From Gnetum montanum (Eukaryota; Plantae; Gnetophyta), in NCBI GenBank assembly GCA_015680685.1, contig MNCI01001065.1, forward strand, positions 567,321 through 631,320: a stretch of 64,000 bases of DNA. The letters are read 5' to 3'. The notes beneath the pieces were generated by a model, which searched no databases, was not told the origin of the DNA, and was given only the letters and a program-made list of their open reading frames with translations. Made by a program: the position numbers and the translations under genes. Positions 51,546 through 64,000 of this stretch are shown piece by piece (positions within the stretch are counted from its first letter, which is position 1; each line of letters starts with the position of its first letter).

Positions 51546-53536
51546 ATGTCTCCTTCTTCTTACAAGAGTGCTTCACTACCTAGGTTTGATATAGGAAACA
51601 ATCGGAGGCATAGTACATATGATGATCTGCCAATACCCCAACAGTTTCATGTGGTATATGTTCATCCAGATGAGTATGTACCAAACTTCACCTTTATCCT
51701 CCACCAGGATTTAGAAGGTAACATAGTGTTACCTCCCGATCACTCAGTCCCAAGCATGCTTCTTCGTGCTCTCACACGAATTGGTATGTAGCACTTAGAG
51801 GCAGAGTACGTTGTGCATGAACATGACTCGAGAGAGTATCGACCCATAGAGGCACAACGTCAAAGGGACCTACAATAGGAGAGACATCACAAATCTATGA
51901 AGGGTAAGTGATCTCAGGATGTCCCACATGTCCTAAGTAAGAACGAGGATGGTGAACCTACGTTAGGAGGTCTCCCACGAAACAATATTCCTTCTGTTGA
52001 CTTTGATCAAGGAGTTGTGTATTAGAACCTTTACTCAACCATCCATAACCTAGGTTCTGATACCAATGGACACAAAGGGTCTGAAAAAGGAACACAAACA
52101 CATGATAAAGATGGGCATTCTGATTGTAACTACGATTGAGGCCATGACCACCAAAGAGAAGGTAGCAGGCACTGTCATGGTACTAGTCCTCCTTCTTCTT
52201 TACCTTCATCATCTCCTTCATCCTCTCCTTCATGGTTTGGATGTAGTCGTAAAGGAAAAGACCCTGAGGATAATGGTAAGAAAAATAGGNGTTTGGATGT
52301 AGTCGTAAAGGAAAAGACCCTGAGGATAATGGTAAGAAAAATAGGGATCATAGACGAAATAGTTGAGAAAGGGGATGAGGGCATTCTAGAGAAGCTCATC
52401 ATGAAAGAAGGGAGAGTAGGGAACAACGTAGGCATCATAGGCACCATAGACAGTACGATCACAATGAACCCCTACTCGCTACCCAAAGTATGCTAGATAT
52501 AACTGAGACCGTTAGGATTCCAACAAAGACCAAAAAGATAGTAGGATCAAAAGATTAAACATGAAAAATATCCCACGATTTGAAGGGGGATACAACGTTG
52601 ATCCTCAAAACCATCTACAAGCATTTCATGATGCATGTGCTTTCCAAAATATAGAGAATAAATGGAAAAAACTTAAGTTATTTCCATGGACACTGGTCAA
52701 AGAAGTGGAAAGCTGGTACCGGTCCTTAAAATCGGAATCCATTCACCAATGGCATACCATGTACAAACTGTTTAACGATAAGTATCAAACGTACTCACGA
52801 GTGTCCAACCTACGAAAGCAAATCCAAGGATGAAAACAGGGAGGACATGAACCCTTGGATGCTACCATGGGCTGATATTATGCATTGTTACATTATTGCC
52901 TAGGCCATGGTTACTCGCAGAGGGAACAACTACGCCATCTCGTAGATGGGCTTAGGCATGAAATGCAAAGGACCCTTGGGACTTATGCCCAAGGAAGGCT
53001 ATTTGAGCTTAGGGCCCATCAAGCACAAAAATTGTTGGAGCAAGTTGCTAAAGAGGAAGGTGAGTTAAGGAAAAGAGAAAGTGCGAAAGAATATAATAGA
53101 GATCCTTCTCTCCGAAAGAAGGGAGTTAGATTTTGTGAGGATGAAGAAGAGTCATCACTTGAAGAGATGGTGAACAAGAAAACTTTGCCCATTTAGAAAT
53201 TTGCATCAGAAGTATCGGAAAAGGTAGATCAAATATGGGAATCCCTAGATAATAAATTTCAAACCATTCTTAAAATAGTAGAGGAGTCTAGGGAACAAAG
53301 TAGCGATCGAGAAAGGAGAAAAAAGAGAGAAGTTGAATATGCATGTAACAAAGGTAAGGATAAAGTGGTCATCATCGAAGAGGTTGTGGATTTGGATACA
53401 GACAATGATGGTGGATGTGAGATATGCCAATATGACCATCCTAAGGGATGTTGCCCTGTAATCTCACATCTGTAGGAATCTGGGGTGTATGCACTCAACC
53501 CATGATTAAACAGAAGGCAAACACCCTGAAGGTTAC
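51546..53536 (+). pseudogene. gag of element C, 5' part
   Basis: IPRFEGGYNVDPQNHLQAFHDAC...KLFPWTL...SWYRSL; YCLGHGYS...DGL. Confidence 0.85.
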
Positions 53537-55875
53537 TGTCATGACCCTTTGAGCTACTGATGCCAAGGCTCGTGTGTAGGTGTGTGTGAGTTACGGTTGG
53601 TCCACACCCAAGGTATGGAAATACATCTATTAGCTATAGATGAATGCGAAGAGCATGTGTATCAAGTGAACAGGGTAACGGGAGTTACCACAATAGATGG
53701 AGCCGAGGGTGATGCATGCAAAGAGGCTACAGCTGGACTCATCCAAATGCAGCGCATGCACATTTGTTACCGTTGGGTGCGATGCATGTGAAGGGGCTAT
53801 AGATGGAGTCATCCAGATGTAGTGCATGCACACCTGCTATCGCCAGTTGGGGTGAAGCAAACTTGTAGTGCCAGCTACGGGAGCGTAGCAAGCATGTCAA
53901 GTAACTAGAGTTACCAAAATAGATGGAGCTGAGCAAGATGCATGCAAGGCATGCTATAGCTGGATTCATCCAGATGCAGCGCATGCACATCTATTACTGC
54001 TAGACAGAGCCATGTGCAAGGCATCTGAAGGAGTTGCATCTGGAGGCATCCAAATGTAGCACATGCACATCTGCTATTGCCAGTTGGGGTGAAGTGGATG
54101 GAGGATAGAACTACATGGCCCTGATTCTACGATGGTTGTAGATATGTAGGTAGCCAAGAGTGGATAGTTTTGGTGTAGTGTAAAAGATCAGGTATGCCCA
54201 CACCTATAAACCCAAGAGGTGTTGGTGCACCTCTAGGGGGAGCCACTAAGAGTGATCGATGGAAGCTAGAAGATGTAGCACCAGTTGTGGGAGCACACTG
54301 GAAAGGCTATGAGTGCCCGTGCCTGTAAACACAAGAGGTGTTGGTGCACCTCTAGAGAGATTGACGGGACTAATTGGTGTGAGCTATAGGATGTAGCGTT
54401 AGTCATAGGAGTGTACTAGTAAGGCAGGGAATGCCCACGCATGTAAACCCAGGAGGTGTTAGGGCACTTCTAGAGAGCCATGAGGGAAATTGACATGATG
54501 TAATGCCAGTGATGGGACACGATATCTCATAGGCCACGATATTGCGTTGACCCCTGCGATATTGCATATGCAATATCGCAGCTCGTCGCCTTGTCTATAA
54601 ATAAGAGGCAACTTTCCCTTGTTTCCTCATCTAGATCTAGACCCTTAGCGAAAGTCTGGCAGTTTTACCCTTCCAGAGATAGAATAATTTCCATGTGCCC
54701 ACAGTAGGAGTCTCAAAGTGAACGGATCTTTATTTGAGTAAATTTGTACCTGAGCACGCATTTGTGTACGGAAATAAGGACGAACTTTCTGATAAACCTT
54801 GTAGTGCATGGACTAAGCTAAATAGGACTTAATTAATGTTAAATGTTGAAATGCTTTATTAGTTAATTAAATCTCTCTCAACCCTTAACTTCTAGTTAAG
54901 TGCATTCAGTACGACTGCTTCGAGCATGTGCGTTACGCTTGGTAACCCAGTAACGAATAGCGTTTGGTAATCCCAGCAGCGTTGCATTGGTTCAAGGTGT
55001 GAACGGTAAGTGGGATAGATACTGATGCTAGGGCATTAGAACTTAGTTAATGAAAGTTAGTCACTTAGTCTCTTCACCCTTTCCCTCATTAGCATAGGCA
55101 ATAAAAAGATAAAAGTTATAAAAATCATATACCTTAGACTTACTTAAACATACAATTGTGACAATACAAGTAAGTCTGGGAAGACAATGATTGATTAACC
55201 TTAAGTGTTCCATAAGGTGCGTAAGCACTTAGTCCTTGGAGTTTGACCGGATCGCGCGTGTAACGCTCGTATTTGTATGGTTGAGTGTAGGGGTACCTCA
55301 CCACTCATCAACTAGCTATGGAAGTGTACTGACACGGTCAAGAATTCCCGTGCCTTTGAACACATGAGGTGTTGGAGCACCTCTAGAGCTACTGGGATGC
55401 AACGCTAGTTACAAGAGCGTATTAGCAAGACCGAGAATGGACACATCTATAAACTCAAGGTGTTAGAGCACCTTTAGAGCTACAGGGTGTAGTGCCAATT
55501 GTGGGAGCACACTGGCAAGAGTGGGAATGCCCGTGTCTATAAACTTGAGGTGTTGGAGCACCTCTAGAGCTATAGGATGTAGTGCCAGTTGCAAGAGCAC
55601 ATTCGCAAGACCGGGAATGTCTACGTCTATAAACTCAAGGTGTTGCAGTGCCTCTTGAGCTACAGGATGTAGCGCCAATTGTGGGAGTGCACTGGCAAGG
55701 CCAGAAATGCCTGTGCCTATACTTTTTGTATCATACCTTTGTGAGTAAAAGTTGGGAGATTTTCCTGTAAGCGCATTTTCCCTATTCTTGAGCATCGTTA
55801 GGAGTAGCTGGCTAAGTCAGGCACTTAGCGCTATCACCGGGTGAAAAATTTTCTGTTGTGATTCACTCAATGACA
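53537..55875 (+). repeat. 5' LTR of element D, built largely of tandem repeats; contains a solo LTR
   Basis: Matches 57856-59218 apart from the 54510-55310 insert and repeat copy number. Confidence 0.9.
54510..55310 (+). mobile_element. Solo LTR of the Athila-like family inside the element D 5' LTR
   Basis: TGATG...TCATCA. Flanks GCCAG and ACTAG are each one change from GCTAG, which occurs once at the empty site in the 3' LTR (near 58823). Confidence 0.9.
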
Positions 55876-57855
55876 GTTGGTATCAGAGCAAGGTTGTTCA
55901 TGATGGAGGACCTTGTTGAGCACGTTGCTACCTTGGAAGCATAGCAATGCACTGGTGGACACAGAGGAAACTCGAATCTCAGCTAGGTGAGATTGAGGAC
56001 GTAAAGGTACATCTATCATCCCTTGAGGATGACATCACATTGCTTAAGAGGATCATTGCAAAATTTTTAAATGGGGATGGAAACCTGGACAACTCCAAAC
56101 TGAAAGTGCCAAAGCCAAAATAGTTTGGAAGAAGTTGGAACGTGAAGGAGATGGAAAACTTCATATGTGACATGGAGTAATACTTTTGTGCTTCTCATGT
56201 ACCTGAGGACCAGAGGGTCATGATCACTAGCATGTATCTTATGGGAGATGCAAAGCTCTCATGGAGGATGAAACTAGAGAATGATGTGAGTGCCAGTCAT
56301 CCTCAAACCTCAATAGGGGAGGTGTTGAGAAAGGAGTTGAAGGATTAGTTTCTTTAAAAGATGTTCAACTTCTTTTCAAGGTTGCAGCTGTGGGCTTAGG
56401 TAGAGCTAAGGAGGTAGAATGTTAAAGATCTGCTAATGGACATAGCCATTGGGGAAGACTTGGTCGATTAAGTAGGGTAATTTTGAATCCTTTTTAGAGC
56501 AGAAGAAGCCCCTGGACAAGGGCAAGAAGGGATGAAAGAAACATCAAGGTCCTAAAGATAAAGGAGGGGGCATCTTCCAAACCCAAGGTAGATGGAGACT
56601 TCTAAGGGAAGAAATTCTTGTCTGGACCACATCGGGCTTGTTATTGTCCATCAAGAGAGAGGCTCTTGACTCTCGAAATTTAGGAGGAGTCTGAGGGAGA
56701 TGGTAGTAATCCAAGGTATAGCCCGTTGTAGTTGTTAAACATCTTTGCTTTCCAAATGTCCAGCCAACCCAATGAGGTTATGTTTGTAGAGGTCTTCCTC
56801 AACAGACAGAAGGTGACGACAATGTTGGATATAGGAGCAACCAACAACTTTGCATCACAATGGTTGGTGCAGAAACTTGGCTTGACCATCGCCAAGAGAG
56901 GGGTGAAGTCACTATGCTAGGTGTCTTGGTGGAGGTTAAGGAGAACTAGACAGTGGAAGTACCCAATTGTGTGGGTGATCTGCTAACAAAATTGCAGATG
57001 TGATGCCGCTTGAACTACCTAAGGTCTTACATTTCAGGAGGAAGGTAGACCACCGAATAGAGCTAGAACTAGGGGCGAGAATGCTTGCAAGTGTTCTTGA
57101 TTGCGATGGAGTTGATTGAGTTGTAGGAGTTGTTGGAGGCTGGTTACCTTCGACCTTTGAAGGCCCCGTATGGAGAACTAATGCTCTCCTTGAAATAGGC
57201 AAGGTGCATGAGTACCTTGCAAAATTTGACTTTGATTGGGATAATTGACCTGGGTGGGAGAACCAGGTAGTAGATTCACTAAGTCGAAAAGATTGTATGT
57301 TCCCAAGGGTGGAGAAATACAACACAAAATCATGAGGGAAACTCATGATACCCAATGGGTTAGATACCCATGGATGATCAAACTTCTTTGATGGGATTGA
57401 GTCCTGCAGAGTTAATCTTTGGGCATCAGCCCATAACGCCATTGGAGGTGGCGAGATCAAAGTTGCACAGGAAATGCCCAGCAATGTATCGCTTTGCATG
57501 TGATAAACAAAGCAATCTCAGGATAGCTTAGCCAAGGCACAGAGGCACATGAAGAAGTATGTTGAGCAAGATCGTAGGGTGATCTAGTTTGACTTCGATT
57601 AGGTTCATCGACCTAGGTAGGAGAACTAGGCAACAGATGTGCTAAGTCAAACAGAATTCTGAAGAATGGCTGAGAGGATTCTTAGCCATTGGACCAAGGG
57701 TGCTAGTTGAAGGAATCAGCATGCACCAACTACTTAGTCTAGTGGAAGGATTGTAGTGGAGAGGACGCCACATGGAAATGTGATGTTACCTCATAGTCAA
57801 TCCAATTATACTTGGAGGGACTTCCGACATCGAACTCATTCGGTGGGGGTGGGTT

Positions 57856-59218
57856 TAACACAACCCTTTGAGCTATTGATGCCAAGGCTCATGTGTAGGC
57901 ATGTGTGAGTTATGGTTGGTCCACACCCAGGGTGTGGAAAGACTTCTGTTAGCTGCAAATGAATATGGAGCGCATGTGTATCAAGTGCACTGGGTAACAA
58001 GAGTTACCAAAATAGATGGAGTCAAGGGCGACACATGCGAAGAGACTATAGCTGGATGCATCCAGATGCAGTGCATGCACATTTGTTATCATTGGATGCA
58101 ATGCATGCGAATGGGCTATAGCTGGAGTCATCCAGATGTAGCACATGCACATTTGCTATCACTAGTTGGGGCGAAGAAAACTTGTAGTGCCAGCTATAGG
58201 AGCGTAGCAAGCATGCTAGGTAACTGGAGTTACCAAAACAGATGGAGTCAAGAAAGATGCATGCAAGGTAGGATGTAGCTGGATTCATCCAGATGCAACG
58301 CATGCACATTTGTTACTTCTAGATAGAGCCATATGCAAGGCATGTGAAGGGGTTACATCTGGAGGCATCCAAATGTAGCACATGCACATTTGCTATCACC
58401 AGTTGGGATGAAGCAGATGGAGGACAGAACTACATGGACCTGATTCTATGATGATCATAGATATGTAGGCAGCCAAGAGTGGATAGTTTTGGTGTGGTGA
58501 AAAAGGTCGAGTATGCTTGCACCTATAAACCTAAGAGGTGTTGGTGCACCTCTAGGGGGAGCCACTGAGAGTGATCGATGGAAGCTATAGGATGTAGTGC
58601 CAGTTGTGGAAGCACATTGGCAAGGCCAGGAGTGCCCATGCCTGTAAACACAACAGGTGTTGGTGCACCTCTAGAGTGATTGCGGGGAGTGATCAGTGTG
58701 AGCTACAGGATGTAGCGCTAGTCACAGGGGTGTACTAGCAAGGCTGGGAATGCATGTGCTTGTAAACCCAAGAGGTGTTGCGGCACCTCTAGAGAGCCAT
58801 GGGGGCAATCGACATGATGTAACGCTAGTTATAGGAGTGTACTAGCAAGGTCGGGAATTCTTGCACCTTTGAACACACGAGGTATCGGAGCACCTCTAGA
58901 GCTACTGGGATGTAGCGCTAGTTATGAGAGTGTATTGGCAAGACTGGGAATGCTCACATCTATAAAATTGAAGTGTTGGAGCACCTCTAGAGCTATAGGA
59001 TGTAGCACCAATTGAGGGAGTGCACTGCCAAGGCCAGGAATGCCTGTGCCTATACTTGTTGTATCATACCTTTGTGAGTAAAGGTTGGGAGTTTTTCCTG
59101 TAAGCACATTTCCCCTGTTCTTGAGCATCACTACACATTATTGGGAGTAGTTGGCTAAGTCAAGCACTTAGTGCTATCACTTGGTGAAAAAGTTTCTACT
59201 GCGATTCACCCAATGATA
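57856..59218 (+). repeat. 3' LTR of element D
   Basis: Matches the 5' LTR; termini mutated (TAACAC...TGATA). Confidence 0.9.
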
Positions 59219-59223
59219 GTTAC

Positions 59224-62200
59224 CTTATCCTCAAGGTAACCCAAGGTAGTTCCACCAACCATTGGCGTATTATCCAAGTGGAACTCCACCACAACCAAAT
59301 GAGCAATCTCAAAAATGGCAACACCCACAATTGTGGGGAATGCCACCACCACATCAACAGTACCCTTATTGTCAGCTTGACTTGTATGGATACTACATGC
59401 AGCAGCCAATCTCTCCACGTGACTCTACTGGTCACGTCACTTCTCAGCCTCACTACCAAGCCCACGAGTACTTAGAACTTCTTCTCCTAGGGGTGATGTT
59501 CCACAAATGTACTATCCTTCTCATTCAGCTACATCTCTTCCACCCTTAGCTCCATTACCACCTCCTCCAGCTATGCAGGGTGAGCTCCTTGCCCAGTCGT
59601 AGCAACATAACGCTACAAGGGCTGTTAATCCTCAACCTACTGCTAGTTTAGACAACTGTACAAAGAAGAGATCCTTCTTTAGAATCAACAATCCAACTAA
59701 GTTCTTACAACCATAAGCGAATGATTCTCCAAATGCCTCACCATCACTTGAAACTTTAGAACTCCCTTTAAACCAAAAACCATGCCCAACACATATGGTC
59801 ATGTTGACTTATTCTGTTACCAATTAGATTAAAGCTGGCCATCTTCTTAGGAAATTTTTTGATCTTGGAAGTCCTCTTATATATCTACAAATCACTGGGA
59901 ATGAACTATCCAAAGCTCTTTTGGATTCAGGTTCTAGTGTCAACTTAATCTCTCAAGAAATGTATAAAGCCTAGAACCTGCCTCCACTAAAAAAGAGTAA
60001 CATACGTTTAGAGTTGGCCAACTAGTCCATCATTGTCCCATTAGGACTAGTAGAGGACATTGTCACCATTATTTGTGGATGTTCATATCCAGCCAACTTC
60101 CTAGTGATTCAAGTTAACAACGGAAAGGGGGACTTCCCAATCATAATGGGAAGTCCATGGTTAAGCACAATTGATGTGCGCCTAGGAATATGTGATCTTT
60201 CCCTACAAATATCAAAGGAAAACATGTTTAGAAAGATCGAGAAGAAGAAATTTCATGCAGCGCATACAATGACATGAGGTGTAATTACGTGCAGAAGTCC
60301 TGATTTGTACAACATTTCACATTTCCTGCATGCAACCAGTGTGCACAAGTAACCAACATACAAAGATGCCTATATGCAGCAACCACAAGATAGGAAGGCA
60401 CCCAGTGGCTGATAGTTAACCAAAGAGCAATTCAACTATATGCATGGAACCAACTGAGGGTTTGACTTGCACTTACATTGATAGCATAGATACATTAGAG
60501 CAAGTCCATCACCAACTTTCATGTCTTGACATTGAAAGTATCAACTGGGGGAAGTTGAAAATCCTTGAAAACTTTAAGCAAAATCCCCTTGATTTAAAAT
60601 TGTTGCCCATCGGTATGGAGTATACATTTCTAAAAAATGGAAAACTAGTAATTATTAATGCTAAGTTTTCTCCTCAACAAAAAGAGAGATTGCTGGAAAT
60701 GGTAAACAAATGATTGAAAGCCTTTGCTTGGTTATATCCAGAATTAATTGGAATAGACCCTAGGATATGCCAGCATAGAATTTACACTGACCCCTCCATG
60801 AAGCCTCAATGACAACTGCAGAGGTGACTGAACCCAAAGTGGAAGCAAGTGGTTAAAGACGAAATTGAACAAATTCTAAAAGCTAGGTTCATTTACCCTA
60901 TTGCTGATAGTGAATGGGTTAGTCCCTTAGTCATTATTCCCAAAAAGGGAGGTAAATGGAGAGTGTGTATAGACTTTAGGCTACTAAACATGGAAACATT
61001 CAAAGACCACTTTTCATTGCCATTCATCAACCAAGTCTTAGACACCATTGTAGGGCATTGCTACTATAGTTTTTTGGATAGGTATAGTGGATACAGCCAA
61101 ATCCAAATAGTACCAGAAGACCAAGCCAAGACTACATTTACAAGTCCTTGGGGGACATTTGAATATAGACAGATGTCGTTTGGCTTGTGCAATGCCCTTG
61201 CAATGTTTTAACGTTTGGTTTTAAGTATCTTTCAGTAGCAAATAGGGATTGGTGTGGAGGTCTTCATGGATGATTTCTCCACCTATGGAGCAAACTTCGA
61301 TCAAGCATTAGACCGATTAGAAAAAGTACTAAAATGATGTGTTGAAATCAATTTAAGGCTTAACTAGCAAAAAATCCATTTAATGGTCCAGTAAGGTGTA
61401 GTATTAGTGCATAAGATTTCACAAACAGGGATAAAGGTAGACCCCGAAAAGATCAAAGTCATCCAAGGAATCATGCACCAACCTAAAATTGTAAAAGAAA
61501 TCTGATCATTCCTTGGACACACTGGCTATTACAGAAGATTCATTGAAAACTTTTCAAAGGTTTTAAAACTAGTAGTTGAATTAACGAAAAAGGATGTACC
61601 TTTTGAATGGACCAAAGAATGTGAGTTAGCTTTTCAAACTTTGAAATAGAAGCTTGTAGAAACACCTATTCTACAAGCTCCTGACTGGTCCAAACAATTC
61701 CACTGACGCATCCAACTATGCTTTAGGAGCCGTACTTACATATTTGGATGACCAGAAACGATCCTACTACATTCACTATGCAAGTCGAAGTATTTCTGGT
61801 GCACAACTCAACTACACCACAAGGGAAAAAGAATTAATGATTGTAGTGTTTGCACTAGAAAAATTTAGGTACTATGTATTGGGCTATAAGGTCTTTGCAC
61901 ACACGGATCATAGTGCAATATGGTTCCTAATGAATAAACCAATGGTGAGCCCTCACATCATATGATGGCTCGTGATCTTACAAGAGTTCGATCTTACAAT
62001 GATTGATCGTAAAAGCATCGAGAACATTGTTGCTGATCATTTATCTCGGTTAAGATGGAACAACAAAGAGGATGAATATCTGCTCTCTAATTGCTTTCCT
62101 GATGAATTCCTCTTTGCAAGTGTAGTAAATAATCAATTAACTAGGGAGACAAATTGGTATAGTAGCATTCTTACCTATCTCCTTACACAAGAAACACCAC

Positions 62201-63455
62201 AAGAATTAGACGTTAAAAAGAAACAACAGTTGCTACACTGAGCCAAGTATTTCATGGAAATCAATTAGCACCTTTATAAGGTATGTCCCAATGGCTTGGT
62301 TTGATGGTGTGTTTCCAATATAGCTCAATTACGAGTTCTCCAAGATGCTCATGAGGGTCCTTGTGGGGGTCATTATGTTGGGAGATGAACAACCATTAAA
62401 ATCTTGCTTGTAGGATATTATTGGCCTACATTGTTCTGGGACACTCATCATTTCATCCAATCTTGTGAGCATTGTCAACGTGATGGGAGAATGACTGCTA
62501 GGATGGAGGGTCTACAACAATGGATTCAACCTTTAGAACGCTTCAACATATAGGGAATTGATTTTATGAGGTTTATTACACCAATGTCCAATGGAAAAGC
62601 CTACATTGTCATTGCTATTGACTATTTCACAAAGTGGGTAGAAGTAGCTACTGTTATGGACTATACATCATCTACCATTGCACGATTTATTCAATAGTAA
62701 ATCATAAATAAGGTTGGTGTGCCTCATGCACTTATTTCTGACAATGATACACACTTTATAGGTGAAAATTTCTGAAAATTGATGTAATGCTTGGGAGTTG
62801 AGCATAAAATGACTACACCAAATCATCCTCAAGCGAACGGTCAAGCCAAAGTCACCAATAGGAAGATTACCAAAATATTGACATGAACCATTAGCAAATA
62901 TAGGTGAGACTAGAGCACCAAACTGAATGATGATCTTTGGGCATACTGCTCCACATGGAAACTCCCTATAGGCTACTCTTCATATGAGTTAGTGTACAGT
63001 AAACTTCCAATGCTTCCTATTCAAGCTAAGCTCTGTACACTATCTACGGTGTGTGATCTCAACCTTGACCTTAATCTAGCATAGAAACAATAGTTGATGA
63101 ACCTTAACTTGCTAGATGAAAATCTATTACCCACCTTGTCATTTAACAAACTGCACAAGGCCTTTAACAAACAATGTCATGACCTAAGGATTAGGAAAGT
63201 TAAATATCAACTGGGAGATAAAGTTCTCTACTAGAATCCCACACATGTGTGACAATGAACCAAATTTCAAACACTATGAAAAGGACCTTATATTATCCAT
63301 GAAACCTTTCCTTCAGGGGGCATGATGATCGACAAACCTGAGAGTCTGGATAAGAAATTGTTGGTCAACATCCAACAAACCAAACCTTTCCATGAGCCTA
63401 GAACAACTACTACCAATACTACCTCTGTTGGTGGACAACCCTGCTTGTTATTTTA
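59224..63455 (+). pseudogene. Rest of gag and pol of element C (PR-RT-RH-INT), disrupted
   Basis: KALLDSGSSVNLI (about 59910); RT WVSPLVIIPKKGGKWRVCIDFR...FLDRYSGY; VFMDDF (about 61260); RH NYTTREKEL...HTDHSA; INT HEGPCGGH, HPQANGQ. Confidence 0.92.
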
Positions 63456-64000
63456 GGTCTCCTCCTTCCAACTCAGTTGTGGGGGAGATGGCCACCAATG
63501 CTAACCATTCTAAGCCCTCAGCTCTTTTTGTATTTTTGTTTTACACGTATTTTCAATTTTACTTATTTTTGTTTTACACCATCATCCACATTTTTACTAT
63601 TTCTTTATTTGATTTACTTTCATTCATCATACAATAAGTGCTCATGATGATGGATTGTACTATAATGGTGTTGATTGCTAATTTTTGGTTTTTACCTTTG
63701 ACTTTTGATGTTGACACTAAGATATGGTTCTTTTAATAAAACAGGCAATGAGTCCACGTTGTCCATTCATCTATTCAACTCTTTGATCTCCCTTAGCTTT
63801 GGAACTGTATTGTCCCTTTTTCTAAATAAACTTATTAATGAATTGGTGGCTAGGTATTCTTCAAACCAAGGAAGGACTCAATGGTTGAAAAGGGTGTAAC
63901 TTCAAGGGGATTCAAGGAACTTGTGCTGGCTATTCTCTTGGGTACTCAGATGCTTTTCATGGGTTTTCCACCATTCTGCCATTGACCAAACATTAGGAAG

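Larger units (their letters stand above)
53537..59218 (+). mobile_element. Nested internally deleted chromovirus (Galadriel-like Ty3/gypsy), element D
   Basis: Exact TSD GTTAC (53532-53536, 59219-59223); LTRs 53537-55875 and 57856-59218; tRNA-Met PBS TGGTATCAGAGC (55878-55889); PPT GGTGGGGGTGGG. Gag KVPKPK.FG...EMENF...SMYLMGDAKL; protease MLDIGATNNF; chromodomain YLV*WKD..EDATW. Confidence 0.92.
50557..64000 (+). mobile_element. Athila-like element C (3' end outside window), interrupted by a nested element
   Basis: 5' LTR 50557-51407; PBS TTGGTGTCATTGTCGGGAA; gag, PR, RT, RH and INT collinear with element A. Confidence 0.93.

Noticed and set aside
52235-52345. Exact ~55-bp direct repeat in element C gag
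   Set aside because: The two identical copies are separated by a single N (52290), typical of an unmerged contig overlap.
53582-59131. Cys/His/Met-rich short ORFs and regular repeats suggesting CRISPR or repeat proteins
   Set aside because: They are translations of element D LTR tandem repeats; there are no unique spacers or cas genes, and the context is eukaryotic.

Overview
AT-rich, CpG-depleted land-plant nuclear DNA (probably a non-flowering lineage; this is inference) with two N-gaps and no intact host gene. It is mostly nested, decayed retroelements. (1) A minus-strand Copia remnant is split by a full-length Athila-like Ty3/gypsy element (1064-13990, TSD ATAGT). (2) A related element lacks pol but keeps gag and an accessory ORF (17893-26575). 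(3) A third relative (from 50557, running off the window) holds a nested chromovirus derivative (53537-59218, TSD GTTAC), which itself holds a solo LTR of the Athila-like family. Also present: two LTRs joined in inverted orientation inside one TSD (29580-30934); a sacsin-like (At3g48770-type) pseudogene with a possible HPt-like tail (about 31050-33500); duplicated subtilase fragments beside a non-canonical Pif1 helicase remnant (35060-40830); and several LINE remnants. The best candidate new system is an accessory-gene module in the Athila-like family. It has its own internal promoter built from the same GATATC boxes plus TATA as the LTR, and a 5'-UTR intron ending at the ATG. It encodes a protein with an NLS-like start and a coiled-coil tail, and it is kept even where pol is lost. 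A distant homologue appears to sit in a polyadenylated insertion with an L1-type target site (41713-43466). All protein-family calls are from motif recognition by eye, not database searches.
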